A program made the translations under genes and the position numbers. Below the pieces are notes generated by a model that had not been told where the DNA came from, did no database searches, and was given only the letters and a program-made list of their open reading frames with translations. Source: Alphaproteobacteria bacterium (lineage in GTDB: Bacteria; Pseudomonadota; Alphaproteobacteria; DATDPM01). From it: a DNA stretch of 64,000 bases. Numbering within the stretch: position 1 is the first letter of the stretch; every line of letters starts with the position of its first letter. Shown piece by piece: positions 46,975 through 56,322 of this stretch. The stretch is from assembly GCA_041498815.1 (NCBI GenBank), contig JBGQJC010000005.1:2629-66628 (forward strand), given 5' to 3'.

Positions 46975-47763
46975 CTACGCGGCAACGAAGGGGTGCAGGA
47001 TCAATCGGGGAAGCGTTTCCTCGGCCCTGCCTTCGACCCCGATCGTCATGCCCAAAACTCTGCGCGCGCGGCTTTTCGAGCGGAACAGCGGATCCCAGAA
47101 GCTGAACACCGTGCCGTAATTGGAATCGGTGTCGCGCTTGATAGCGTGATGGTGGACCCAGTGAATCGAAGGCGTGATCACGATGCGCGAGAACATCGCC
47201 TCCGCGCCGGCGGGAAGCGCCAAATTCGAATGGTGGAAGAGCGCCGCCATCAAGACCAAGGTCTCGAAGACCAGAACCGAAGACAGCGGGAAACCGATGA
47301 CCAGGATGACGCCGGCCCGGGCCAGCGCCGAAAGCAGCACCTCGCCGAAATGGAACCGCACCGCGGTCGTGGTGTCGAGCGTTTCGTCCAAATGATGCAC
47401 CGAATGGAAGCGCCACAGGAACGGAACCTCGTGATTCGCGCGGTGCCACCAATAGATCAGGAAATCGAGAACCAGCACGTCGAGGGCCAAGCCCGGCAAG
47501 CCGCTCCACCAACTCGGCCGCCACAGCGCGTGGTTCGCCGCAAACGCGGTTACCGGAAGGACGATCAGGGGAGAGAGCGCGAGGTTGACGGCCCACAGCG
47601 CACCGTTGCGGAGCAACCGGCGCATTCCCGGTGGCGAAGCGCCGTGAAGGGGCAACGCGGAGACGTCGGCCGGGCGGAATCTTTCCGCCGCGAACAGCGC
47701 CGCGAACCATAGGGCGACGACGGCGGTCTTGGCTCCGAACGCGCCCGCCATGAACTCAAGCAT
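46975..47763 (-). CDS. Fatty-acid hydroxylase / sterol desaturase superfamily membrane protein
   Basis: Histidine boxes HRANHEVPFLWRFHSVHH and HHxxxxxHH-like (WVHHHAIK), with four TM helices. Start taken at MLEFMAG; the longer N-terminus would translate the tandem repeats. Confidence 0.7.
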   Translation of the reverse strand: MLEFMAGAFGAKTAVVALWFAALFAAERFRPADVSALPLHGASPPGMRRLLRNGALWAVNLALSPLIVLPVTAFAANHALWRPSWWSGLPGLALDVLVLDFLIYWWHRANHEVPFLWRFHSVHHLDETLDTTTAVRFHFGEVLLSALARAGVILVIGFPLSSVLVFETLVLMAALFHHSNLALPAGAEAMFSRIVITPSIHWVHHHAIKRDTDSNYGTVFSFWDPLFRSKSRARRVLGMTIGVEGRAEETLPRLILHPFVAA

Positions 47764-47794
47764 GACGCGACATATCGCATGGGGCGCCCCCGGC

Positions 47795-47895
47795 GCAAAG
47801 CGCCGGCAAGAAGCCCAGCGCAAAGCGCCGGAAAGGAGCCTAGCCGCCAAGCGCCGGCAAGAAGCCCAGCGCCAAGCGCCGGCAAGGGGGCACCG
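47795..47895. repeat. ~4 imperfect tandem copies of a ~25-27-bp unit (GCGCAAAGCGCCGGCAAGAAGCCCAGC-like)
   Basis: Read directly: gcgcaaagcgccggcaagaagcccagc / gcaaagcgccggaaaggagcctagccgc / caagcgccggcaagaagcccagc / gccaagcgccggcaagggg. Lies upstream of the hydroxylase gene. Confidence 0.7.
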
Positions 47896-47989
47896 GCGGC
47901 GGGAGAGAGACGGCGCTCAACCCCTCGAAACCGCATTTTAGCTATGCGTTGAGTGCATTGCTGATTTGCCTTGTATGCATTACAAGATT

Positions 47990-48139
47990 AACCAACACAC
48001 ACTAAATTAACGGTCAAGAAGCGGTCGAGTCCGCAAAGGTCTCGAATCGTCCGGTGCGGTTCCCCTGCCGCATTCGGACTCCGTGAGGAGCTTCAATACG
48101 AGCGCCCGGTCACCCCCCTGACCGGGCGCTTTCTTTTTT
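47990..48139 (+). ncRNA. Candidate small RNA ending in a strong intrinsic terminator (speculative)
   Basis: Orphan terminator AGCGCCCGGTCA-cccccc-TGACCGGGCGCT plus TTCTTTTTT at 48100-48139 with no upstream plus-strand CDS. An AT-rich ~150-bp region upstream holds the 17-bp palindrome CTTGTAtgcatTACAAG (47970-47986) and a weak -35/-10 (TTGCCT-17-TAACCA). Confidence 0.3.
48100..48139 (+). terminator. Rho-independent terminator (12-bp perfect stem plus U-tract)
   Basis: AGCGCCCGGTCA cccccc TGACCGGGCGCT TTCTTTTTT. Confidence 0.8.
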
Positions 48140-48246
48140 CGGCGGCGGCGAAGCGGGGGTGCCTTGATGGCCCTGCGGCCCCGCCCTATTTTCGGACCCG
48201 CCGCGCAAGACAAGAAACGGGACCACGCGGCCGGGGAAATGTCGCG

Positions 48247-48972
48247 ATGGCCGGACATAACCAAGGCGGAGGCAAACCGGCGCAGAACGGGCGCCGGTAC
48301 CGCATCGCCGCGACCTCGCGGCCGGCGCGCCACCTCACGCTGGCGAGCCTGACGCCGGCCGACGGCGCGGCCTTTCCCTTCCGCGCCGGGCAATACGCGC
48401 GGGTCGGTTTCGACGGCCTGCCGCCGCGCAATCTTTCGATCGCAAGCGCTCCCGGGAGCCCCGCCCTCGAATTCCACATCCGCGACCGGGCCGGCCATGG
48501 GGGCGATCTGTTCCAACGCCTCAAGCCGGGGGAAGAGGTGGTTGTCGAAGGCCCGTTCGGAGCCGGATTTTGGCGCGAGGATCACGCCGGGCCGATCCTG
48601 GCGGCGGCTGGAGGCGCCGGGCTCGCGCCCGTGAAGTCCATCATCGAGACGGCGCTAGGCCGTGGCATGACCCAGCCGATCCATCTTTATTTCGGCGTCC
48701 GGGACGAGCCCGACCTTTACCTCGAATCCCATTTCGACGCATTGGCGCGGGCAAATCGCAACTTGCGTTTCGTGCCGGTGCTATCCAAGGCATCGAAAGC
48801 GCAAAGTCGGCGCACCGGTTTGCTTGCCGAGGCCCTTGCCGCCGATTTCCCGGCGCTGGCCGGATTCAAGGCTTATGTGTTCGGGCCGGGCGCCATGGTG
48901 CATGCAACCATCCGGGCCTTGCGGGCACTAGGCATCGAGCCGGGCGACATCCACACCGACGAACCGCCGTGA
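48247..48972 (+). CDS. FAD/NAD(P)-binding oxidoreductase (ferredoxin-NADP reductase / flavin reductase-like)
   Basis: FAD-binding RxYS-type motif (RNLSIAS), GGAGLAP NAD(P)-binding motif, ~240 aa. Confidence 0.7.
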   Translation: MAGHNQGGGKPAQNGRRYRIAATSRPARHLTLASLTPADGAAFPFRAGQYARVGFDGLPPRNLSIASAPGSPALEFHIRDRAGHGGDLFQRLKPGEEVVVEGPFGAGFWREDHAGPILAAAGGAGLAPVKSIIETALGRGMTQPIHLYFGVRDEPDLYLESHFDALARANRNLRFVPVLSKASKAQSRRTGLLAEALAADFPALAGFKAYVFGPGAMVHATIRALRALGIEPGDIHTDEPP

Positions 48973-49787
48973 AGAAACCGAAGGAGCTTCGCGTCGTCAC
49001 CTGGAACATCAATTCGGTGCGGCTGCGCATCGCCCAGTTGGCGCAAGTTGCGGCCGAGCTTGCGCCCGACATCGTCTGCCTTCAAGAAACCAAGGTCGAG
49101 GACAGGCATTTTCCCCACGCCGCCGTCGCGGAGCTGGGTTTCGCGCACCGGCTGGTGCGCGGGATCAAGGGATATAACGGGGTCGCGATCTTGTCGCGGC
49201 TGCCGCTAGTACCGCTGAAATCGAAGGATTGGTGCGGGAAAGCGGACGGCCGCCACGCCGCGGCGAAAATCGACTGCGGCGGCGCCGAAATCGAAATCCA
49301 GAATTTCTATGTTCCGGCGGGAGGCGACATCCCGGACCCGGAGGAAAACGACAAATTCGCCCACAAGCTGGCGTTCCTCGACGAGATGGCCGATTGGTCG
49401 GGCGCGCGAAGATCGCGTCCGGTGATTCTGGTGGGCGATCTCAATGTCGCGCCGCTCGAGACCGACGTGTGGTCCCACGCGGCGCTTTTGAAGGTGGTGA
49501 GCCACACGCCCGTGGAGGTCGCGCGCCTGACCGGAATCATGGAAGCGCGCCCCTGGGTGGACGCCGTGCGCCACTTCGTTCCCGAACCCGAACGGCTTTA
49601 CACCTGGTGGAGCTACCGGGCGAGCGACTGGGCGGCAAGCGACCGCGGGCGAAGGCTGGACCATGTTTGGGTGACGCCGGAGCTTAAAGCCAAGCTCCGC
49701 CACGCGCAGGTGCTGCGCCAGGCGCGCGATTGGAGCCGGCCTTCCGATCACGTGCCGGTCATGGTCACGCTGGACTTGAGGGCGTGA
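48969..49787 (+). CDS. xthA: Exodeoxyribonuclease III
   Basis: LRVVTWNINSVR...CLQETK...LVGDLNVAP...SDHVPV pattern of the ExoIII/APE1 EEP family. The GTG start overlaps the upstream stop (GTGA). Confidence 0.9.
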   Translation: MKKPKELRVVTWNINSVRLRIAQLAQVAAELAPDIVCLQETKVEDRHFPHAAVAELGFAHRLVRGIKGYNGVAILSRLPLVPLKSKDWCGKADGRHAAAKIDCGGAEIEIQNFYVPAGGDIPDPEENDKFAHKLAFLDEMADWSGARRSRPVILVGDLNVAPLETDVWSHAALLKVVSHTPVEVARLTGIMEARPWVDAVRHFVPEPERLYTWWSYRASDWAASDRGRRLDHVWVTPELKAKLRHAQVLRQARDWSRPSDHVPVMVTLDLRA

Positions 49788-49794
49788 ACGGGCG

Positions 49795-50493
49795 CTACGG
49801 GACCAGACGGTAGCCGCCGGGCTCGGTGATCAGTATTTGGGCCACCGCGGGATTGACCTCGATCTTCTGGCGCAATCGATAGACGTGGGTCTCGAGGGTG
49901 TGGGTCGTGATTCCGGCGTTATAACCCCAGACCTCGTCGAGCAGGACTTCGCGGCTCACCGGCTTGTTTCCGGCGCGGTAGAGAAAACGCAAGATCGCGG
50001 TTTCCTTTTCGGTGAGCCGGATCTTGCGGCTGTTGGCGTTGTTCAGCAGCAGCTTGGAGCCGGGGCGGAAGCTGTAGGGGCCGATCGTAAAAACCGCGTC
50101 CTCGCTCGCCTCGTGCTGGCGCAGCTGGGCGCGGATGCGGGCCAGGAGCACGCCGATCTTAAAGGGCTTGGCGATGTAATCGTTGGCGCCCGCGTCCAGG
50201 CCCAGAATCGTGTCGGCCTCGGTGTCGGCGGCGGTGAGCATGATGATGGGGGCGGCGACGCCTGCCCGCCGCAGCAGGCGGCAGACCTCGCGCCCGTCGA
50301 TGTCGGGCAAGCCGATGTCCAAGAGCACCAGATCGAAACGCCCGGTTTTCGCCGCCTCGAGCGCGGCCTTGCCGCTCGCCGCCTCGACCGCCGCGAACTC
50401 CTCGTGCAGTTGGAGTTGCTCGCAGAGCGATTGGCGGAGCGCCGCGTCGTCGTCGACTAAAAGGATTTTCTTCTCAACCGTCATTGACCCCAC
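49795..50493 (-). CDS. OmpR-family two-component response regulator (orphan; no adjacent kinase)
   Basis: Receiver domain with LLVDDD, phospho-acceptor D in DLVLLDIGLPDIDG, conserved K in YIAKPF, and a C-terminal winged-helix trans_reg_C domain. Confidence 0.85.
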   Translation of the reverse strand: MGSMTVEKKILLVDDDAALRQSLCEQLQLHEEFAAVEAASGKAALEAAKTGRFDLVLLDIGLPDIDGREVCRLLRRAGVAAPIIMLTAADTEADTILGLDAGANDYIAKPFKIGVLLARIRAQLRQHEASEDAVFTIGPYSFRPGSKLLLNNANSRKIRLTEKETAILRFLYRAGNKPVSREVLLDEVWGYNAGITTHTLETHVYRLRQKIEVNPAVAQILITEPGGYRLVP

Positions 50494-50616
50494 CGGCCGG
50501 GGTCAAGCCGGCCGGCCGTTAGCGGCTCCGTAACCTAACCGCGATTAAACTTGTCTATCGGAGGGGCCAATACTATTTGGAAATCCGCCGGTGAACAACT
50601 TAAGGGGGCTGGGGCC

Positions 50617-51357
50617 ATGAGGCCGGCCGCTAACCATATCCGGGGCTTTGCCACAGGGCTGTGCGCGGCACTTGCCGTTGCCGCCCTGCCGGCAAGTGCG
50701 GGCGAGGCGAAGCTCGGCGGGCCGGCGGACGGCGTACTGCTGCGGCCGGCCGACGACTCCAAGGCCCTGTTCGACTGGTCCTGGGCCAATCCCGATGCCT
50801 CCGGACAATTCACGCCGCGGCTTTCGGGGCTTGCGCTCACCTGGCCCGGCGGGGCCGGGGATGACGCCCTTGGGTCGGGTGCTGGCCTCGGCGTGCCGCG
50901 GGCCTTCGGGTTTTTCGGCGAGGACGTGGGATTTAGCCTCGGTGCCGGCGTCGCCCGGCCAGGGGACGCGGCGCTTTTGGGCCCGGGTTCCGCGGATCAA
51001 GCGGGCGTGGGCGGGCGGGTGAAAATCCGCTCGGTGAGTCTCGGTGGCGCCTTCATCGAGACCCGCGAGACCGGCGCTTGGGGCGAGGCGCGGCGCATTT
51101 CCGGCGGCCACGACATCGACCTCTCCTACTCGTTTTCCGCGGGCAGCGTCAGCCTGTCGCATTCGAGCGGGCCGGACATGCTCCGGCCCTTCGCGGACCA
51201 GGACCACGACACGGTTGCGCTCTCGGGCCGCTATCTGGTCGGGCCCGGCCTCGACATGACGGCGGCCCTCGCCTTGGGCGGGACGGGCGCCAGCGATCCG
51301 GTGCAATCGGCCTTCGACGGTTACGCCTTGACCGCGGGCTTGCGCCTCTCGTTCTAG
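50617..51357 (+). CDS. Putative outer-membrane beta-barrel protein
   Basis: Signal peptide (MRPAANHIRGFATGLCAALAVAALPASA). Gly/Ser-rich, alternating amphipathic strands. C-terminal ...GLRLSF with terminal Phe. Confidence 0.5.
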   Translation: MRPAANHIRGFATGLCAALAVAALPASAGEAKLGGPADGVLLRPADDSKALFDWSWANPDASGQFTPRLSGLALTWPGGAGDDALGSGAGLGVPRAFGFFGEDVGFSLGAGVARPGDAALLGPGSADQAGVGGRVKIRSVSLGGAFIETRETGAWGEARRISGGHDIDLSYSFSAGSVSLSHSSGPDMLRPFADQDHDTVALSGRYLVGPGLDMTAALALGGTGASDPVQSAFDGYALTAGLRLSF

Positions 51358-51503
51358 GCCCGGATTCAAGCTTCCGGCAGCAACCGCCGGGAAGAAATTG
51401 CCTAAGGCCGCGCGATTTGGCGCCGCTCTTATTTCAACCATCTGAAATCCCTACCTGATTCCTTGGCACCGGGGTTGCACGGAGACTCCCGAAAGGAGCG
51501 TCC

Positions 51504-52676
51504 GTGGACCTCCCGATATACGGCCAGAATCCCGCTCTGGCGCTTGCGTCGGCGCAAGTTGCCGCAATTACGCCTGCAGGCCCTCCGGCGCCCGCTTTGG
51601 GCGATGCGGCCGGAACCGATTCGTCCGACGGGTCAAAGCCGAAGTCCCAGCCGATGGGCTTTCTGGCCCTGGCGCTTCAGACCCAGAACCAAGTCGACAA
51701 TGCCGGCGGTGCCGGCCGGCCCCAGCGCGCGCTCGTCAACCTGGCGTTCGGCGACGACGGCTTCGGCTTCGACGACGTGATCGACACCATCAATCCGCTC
51801 CAGCACATTCCGATCATCTCGACGATCTACCGCGCGCTCACGGGCGACAAGATCGACGTGGTGCCGAGCCTCATCGGCGGCGCGCTTTTCGGCGGCGTGG
51901 TTGGATTCTTCGGCGCCGCGGTGAACGCGGCGGTCGAGGATTCGACCGGCCACGACATTGGCGATCACGTCGCCATGGCCCTCTTCGGCGAGCCCGACCA
52001 GACCGAGCGCGAGCCGGTGATATTCGCCAGCGCCGACCCGAGTGAGCCGAAACCCAAAGATCCGGCCGCAACAGTACCCTGGTATCAGGCGAACGCGCCG
52101 GCGCCGCCTGCAGCAACACTTGCCGCCGTCCCGAGTGCCGCTCCCGTCATCGGCGATGCGGGAGACTCCGATGCACCCGCGGATGCAACCTCCGCCCTGG
52201 CGCCGGTGAAGCCGTTGACGCCGGCCCAGAACGCGCTCCTGCAAGAGCGGGAATTCGACACCGCAGGCCAAAAACCGGCGGCAGCCCCGGCGGGGACCAT
52301 TCCCGAACTTTCGCCGGAACAAGCCGATCTGCTGCTGCGTTCGGTCGGCCTGAAACCGGCAAAGCCGGCCGCCCCGCCCGTAACCGGCAGCGATGCGCCC
52401 CCGGTTAATGCGCCCGCGGTCGATGCGATACGGGTCGATGCGGTACCGGATGCGGCCGATGCATCGGGCGCGGACGATCCCGGCGACGATCCCGCCCGTG
52501 ATTCCGGCGTGCCACCGCAAGCTCCCGTCCACACCGGCACGCTCAAGCCCTCGGGCCAGATCGGTGCAGAGGCCAACTCCGATTTCGCGCAGCGCATGAA
52601 ATACGGCCTCGAGCGCTATCAAGCCCACCCCACGGCCCTCAACCCCAAACCCCCGCACCTCGACGTCGTCCAATAA
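51504..52676 (+). CDS. Hypothetical Pro/Ala-rich protein
   Basis: 390-aa ORF of low complexity (PAxPA repeats) with a central hydrophobic segment. No recognisable catalytic motif. Confidence 0.4.
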   Translation: MDLPIYGQNPALALASAQVAAITPAGPPAPALGDAAGTDSSDGSKPKSQPMGFLALALQTQNQVDNAGGAGRPQRALVNLAFGDDGFGFDDVIDTINPLQHIPIISTIYRALTGDKIDVVPSLIGGALFGGVVGFFGAAVNAAVEDSTGHDIGDHVAMALFGEPDQTEREPVIFASADPSEPKPKDPAATVPWYQANAPAPPAATLAAVPSAAPVIGDAGDSDAPADATSALAPVKPLTPAQNALLQEREFDTAGQKPAAAPAGTIPELSPEQADLLLRSVGLKPAKPAAPPVTGSDAPPVNAPAVDAIRVDAVPDAADASGADDPGDDPARDSGVPPQAPVHTGTLKPSGQIGAEANSDFAQRMKYGLERYQAHPTALNPKPPHLDVVQ

Positions 52677-52753
52677 CGGCCCCTCGGTTTCAACCGCGGG
52701 CGCCGCGATCCCGGCCCTATGACAAGGGTTGCGGCTTGCCGCTATAACGGGGC

Positions 52754-53266
52754 GTGGATTTTCTGGTCACGCAAACTTCGGCCCATCGCGGCGTGCTTGC
52801 CTGCGGCGATGCGGTTTTCCCGTGCGCGCTGGGGAGAAGCGGCGTGCGCGCGGATAAATCGGAAGGCGACGGCGCGACGCCCAAAGGATGCTTTGCGCTT
52901 CGACGCCTGCTCTACCGCGCGGATCGGATCGCCAAGCCCGTGACGCTTTTGCCGGCGCAGGCACTCGATCCGGCGGACGGGTGGTGCGACGATCCCGCGG
53001 ACCCGTTCTACAACCGCCAGGTACGTCTTCCCTACCGGGCGCGGGCCGAGAAACTGTGGCGCGACGACGGCGTTTACGACGCGATCGTGGTCTTGGGCTG
53101 CAACGACGATCCGGTGATAGCCGGGCGCGGCAGCGCGATTTTCCTTCACGCCGCAAAGCCGGATTTGGCGGCGACCGAGGGCTGCATCGCGCTGAAATTG
53201 GATGATTTGCTGACCGCCTTGCGCTTTGCCGGCGCGGCCGACCGGCTGTGCGTGGCCGGGCCTTAG
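52754..53266 (+). CDS. L,D-transpeptidase (YkuD domain) protein
   Basis: Catalytic His/Cys pair in FLHAAKPDLAATEGCIAL, typical of the YkuD/Ldt family. Confidence 0.75.
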   Translation: MDFLVTQTSAHRGVLACGDAVFPCALGRSGVRADKSEGDGATPKGCFALRRLLYRADRIAKPVTLLPAQALDPADGWCDDPADPFYNRQVRLPYRARAEKLWRDDGVYDAIVVLGCNDDPVIAGRGSAIFLHAAKPDLAATEGCIALKLDDLLTALRFAGAADRLCVAGP

Positions 53267-54528
53267 CCGGTCTTGGGCGGTACGTCGCCGCCGATTAATT
53301 CGATCCGGCGGATGGAATCGAGGTAGCCGGGGTCGCGGCGCCAGCGCTGGAGGACCGCGGTTGCGGTTGCCGCGTCAACACGGTCGAAGAAATCGAGCAC
53401 CGCGGCGACCTCGGCCGGGCCTGCGGGCTTCGCGCCGGGGTGTGCCCGGCGGCTGAGGACGAAGATGACGGCGAATTCGCGCCGCTCGATCCCGACCGCG
53501 CGGCACGCCACCGCCAGCCCTTCGCCGCCCGTTTCGAAAATCACGCGCCGCGCCAGCGTGAGGCGGATGCCGGTCAGCTTGACGAGCAGCGCCTCGAACA
53601 AATTGATCTCGCCCTGGCGCAGGACCTGGATCAAGAGCTCGGGTGTGATCGCCTTCGCCTCGTTCAAGCGATCGGCAAGCTCGAACGGCTTGCTCTTGGA
53701 CGGGTCGTCGGATTCGGCTGCGCGCAGCGCATCCATCACCGTCGATTCGATGGTGTTGTCGATATCGGCCGTGTCGACGTCGAAATTCTCGACGATGTGC
53801 TGGCGCAGCGCCGCCGAGACCCACCAATACATCTTCTTGGCGAGATCGGGGCCGAGATCGGGCCGGGCCACGAGGGGATTGTGAAAGCGGTCGATGCGCT
53901 TCGACTGATCCACCAGATATTCCATGGTGGTGCGGGAAATCTTGGAGTTGGGGTTTTCCAAGAGCGCCGCGATCACGTCGCCCTGGCCGGTGCCGACCAG
54001 GGCGTCGGCGACGTCTTCGGGCACGCTGTCGCGCATGGCGATCGCCAACTGGTGCTCGAGCGTGCGGTGATGGACGATCTCGATCAGGTCGAGATTGTGC
54101 AGCACCTGGCTGCGGCTGAGGATGGAATGCGCGACCTCGATCTGGTCGTTTGCCAGCGCCTTGATGAGATCGTGCGGCGCGTGGGGTTGGTGCGAGAGCC
54201 GCTCGGCCAGGTCGCGGCGCACCGACATCTCCACCTCGTGAATGAGGTGGCGCAGGATGTCGTTCATCAACTCCCGCTCGGTGTCGCTCAAGATGTCGTG
54301 CTTGCCGAGGAAAAGGTCGTTGATGGCGGAGCCAAGCTCGTTGCGCGCGGCGGCGGATTTGGTGCGCGCGAGCCGGATCAGATAGTCGATGCCGATCGAT
54401 TCGGGCAGGCCGTGCGGTGCGGCATTCTTGGCGGCGGCGGTGCCGGAAGGGGCGGCGGGCGCGGATTTGGGCGCGTTCACCGCGGCTTCGTCCGCGGTCT
54501 TGTGCCGTTTGGCGGAATTCTTGGGCAA
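53263..54528 (-). CDS. DUF2336 family protein
   Basis: ~420-aa alpha-helical repeat protein with the alphaproteobacterial DUF2336 pattern (DYLIRLAR...ELMNDILRHL...). The antisense 441-aa ORF is discounted. Confidence 0.55.
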   Translation of the reverse strand: MPKNSAKRHKTADEAAVNAPKSAPAAPSGTAAAKNAAPHGLPESIGIDYLIRLARTKSAAARNELGSAINDLFLGKHDILSDTERELMNDILRHLIHEVEMSVRRDLAERLSHQPHAPHDLIKALANDQIEVAHSILSRSQVLHNLDLIEIVHHRTLEHQLAIAMRDSVPEDVADALVGTGQGDVIAALLENPNSKISRTTMEYLVDQSKRIDRFHNPLVARPDLGPDLAKKMYWWVSAALRQHIVENFDVDTADIDNTIESTVMDALRAAESDDPSKSKPFELADRLNEAKAITPELLIQVLRQGEINLFEALLVKLTGIRLTLARRVIFETGGEGLAVACRAVGIERREFAVIFVLSRRAHPGAKPAGPAEVAAVLDFFDRVDAATATAVLQRWRRDPGYLDSIRRIELIGGDVPPKTG

Positions 54529-54713
54529 ATGCCCTCCCCTTGTCTGACGCCACGCCCCCGGTTGCTGCGGCTAAACCGCGCAGGCGGCGGGTCGAACCTG
54601 CGAATCGTAGGCGCGATGGCTTATCAATTCGTTAATCGAAAACGGGCCGGGGAGCGAAGAATTCGCGGCGTAATCGGCAAATGGAACTTTCGTAAAATTC
54701 CGGCGTTTTACTT

Positions 54714-56024
54714 GTGCGGCGCGGATGCCGCGCCTGGGCTTCGGCTTGGCCGCGCCGTGCTATAATTAGGGCCGACAAAGGGGTGCTCGGCGCCGTGACC
54801 AAGCGAAAGATCGCATTAGCGCTTGCCGTTTGCGGGACGATTGCCGCGGGCCCCGTTCATGGGGCCGACCGGGCGCCGGGCGCGCGGATCGAGGTGCGCG
54901 CCGACGATCTGCCCCAGCCCTACGCCACCGAAAGCACGACCAACCCTTCGCGCATCATTCCCGCGCCCGAGGGCGTAGCGCCCAAGCTGCCGCCCGGATT
55001 CCGGGTCGGCGTTTTCGCTTCGGGCTTGACGGATGCGCGCTGGCTCGCCGTGGCCGACAACGGCGACGTGTTCCTGGCCGAGCCGTCGGCGGGGCGAATT
55101 ACCTTGCTGCGCGATTCGAACGGCGACGGCAAGGCGAATATGGTTCAAACCTTCGCCGAAGGATTCGACCGGCCGCACGGGATCGCGTTCCGCCCCGGAT
55201 ATCTCTACGTCGCCGACACCGAGCGGGTGTGGCGGTTGAAGTACGAACTGGGGCAAACCAAGGCGGCGGGGAAACCGGAGCCGGTGACGGCGCCAAAGGC
55301 CTTGGGCGACGGCAACGGCCACTGGACGCGCAACATCGTCTTCAGCCCCGACGGCACCAGGTTTTACGTGACCGTCGGATCGCGCGCCAATATCGACGAA
55401 GAGCGGGCGCCCCGCGCCACCGTCCAGGAATTTGCCGCCGACGGCGGCGCGCTCGGCACCTATGCGAGCGGGCTTCGCAATCCCGTCGGCATCGCCTTCT
55501 ATCCCGGCACCCCGGATCTCTATGTGGCGGTGAACGAGCGCGACACGCTCGGCGACGGGCTGGTGCCCGATTATCTGACCAGGCTCAAGCCGGGCGGCTT
55601 TTACGGCTGGCCCTATTTTTATCTCGGCCAGCATCCCCAGCCGGGATTCGCCGACAAGAGACCCGAACTGGCCGCGACGGCTATTCCGCCCGACCTCTTG
55701 TTCGAATCCCATTCCGCGCCCTTGGGCCTCGTGTTCTACGGCCGCGACAACTTTCCGCAGGAGTACCGCGGCAATGCGTTCGTGGCGCTGCACGGCTCGT
55801 GGAACTCGAAGCATCCGCGCGGCTACATGGTGGCGCGCGTGCCGTTCAAGGACGGCCGCCCGCAAGGCTATTACGAGGCTTTCATGACCGGGTTCTGGCT
55901 TGCCGGCGAAAACCGGGCCGAGGTCTGGGGCCGCCCCGCGGGCCTGGCGATCGCGGGGGATGGCAGTCTCTTGGTGGCCGACGACGTCGGCGAAAAAATC
56001 TGGCGGGTGCGCTACGGCGATTGA
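54714..56024 (+). CDS. PQQ-dependent soluble sugar (glucose/sorbosone) dehydrogenase, beta-propeller (YliI/Asd-like)
   Basis: Signal peptide, then GSDH-family propeller motifs (GRITLLRDSNGDGKA...HWTRNIVFSPDG...HGSWNS). The true start may be a GTG slightly downstream of 54714. Confidence 0.8.
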   Translation: MRRGCRAWASAWPRRAIIRADKGVLGAVTKRKIALALAVCGTIAAGPVHGADRAPGARIEVRADDLPQPYATESTTNPSRIIPAPEGVAPKLPPGFRVGVFASGLTDARWLAVADNGDVFLAEPSAGRITLLRDSNGDGKANMVQTFAEGFDRPHGIAFRPGYLYVADTERVWRLKYELGQTKAAGKPEPVTAPKALGDGNGHWTRNIVFSPDGTRFYVTVGSRANIDEERAPRATVQEFAADGGALGTYASGLRNPVGIAFYPGTPDLYVAVNERDTLGDGLVPDYLTRLKPGGFYGWPYFYLGQHPQPGFADKRPELAATAIPPDLLFESHSAPLGLVFYGRDNFPQEYRGNAFVALHGSWNSKHPRGYMVARVPFKDGRPQGYYEAFMTGFWLAGENRAEVWGRPAGLAIAGDGSLLVADDVGEKIWRVRYGD

Positions 56025-56113
56025 CGCGCGTTGCGCTACGGCGACTGATGCGCGTTAAGGATAACGCGCGATTTAACGAATCGTTAGCGCCGACTCTCTA
56101 GTCTCCGGCAGCC

Positions 56114-56308
56114 ATGGATATCAAACCCAGCGCCGACGTTCTCCAAGCCATCGGCTCGCTCCACGCCGAGCGGTTCGCGGCCAAGCCCCGGGTTGTCGCG
56201 GCCGCGGTTCAGGCGGTGCGGCAAACGAGCGCGCCGAATGCGCCGCCGCAAGACATCAATCCCGCCCGCCTTTACCGGCCAGGCTCCTTCCTCGACATCT
56301 TCGTCTAA
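56114..56308 (+). CDS. Hypothetical 64-aa protein
   Basis: Isolated ORF between the PQQ-dehydrogenase gene and the ftsY end. No recognised motif. Confidence 0.25.
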   Translation: MDIKPSADVLQAIGSLHAERFAAKPRVVAAAVQAVRQTSAPNAPPQDINPARLYRPGSFLDIFV

Positions 56309-56322
56309 TCCGGCAGGGGCAA

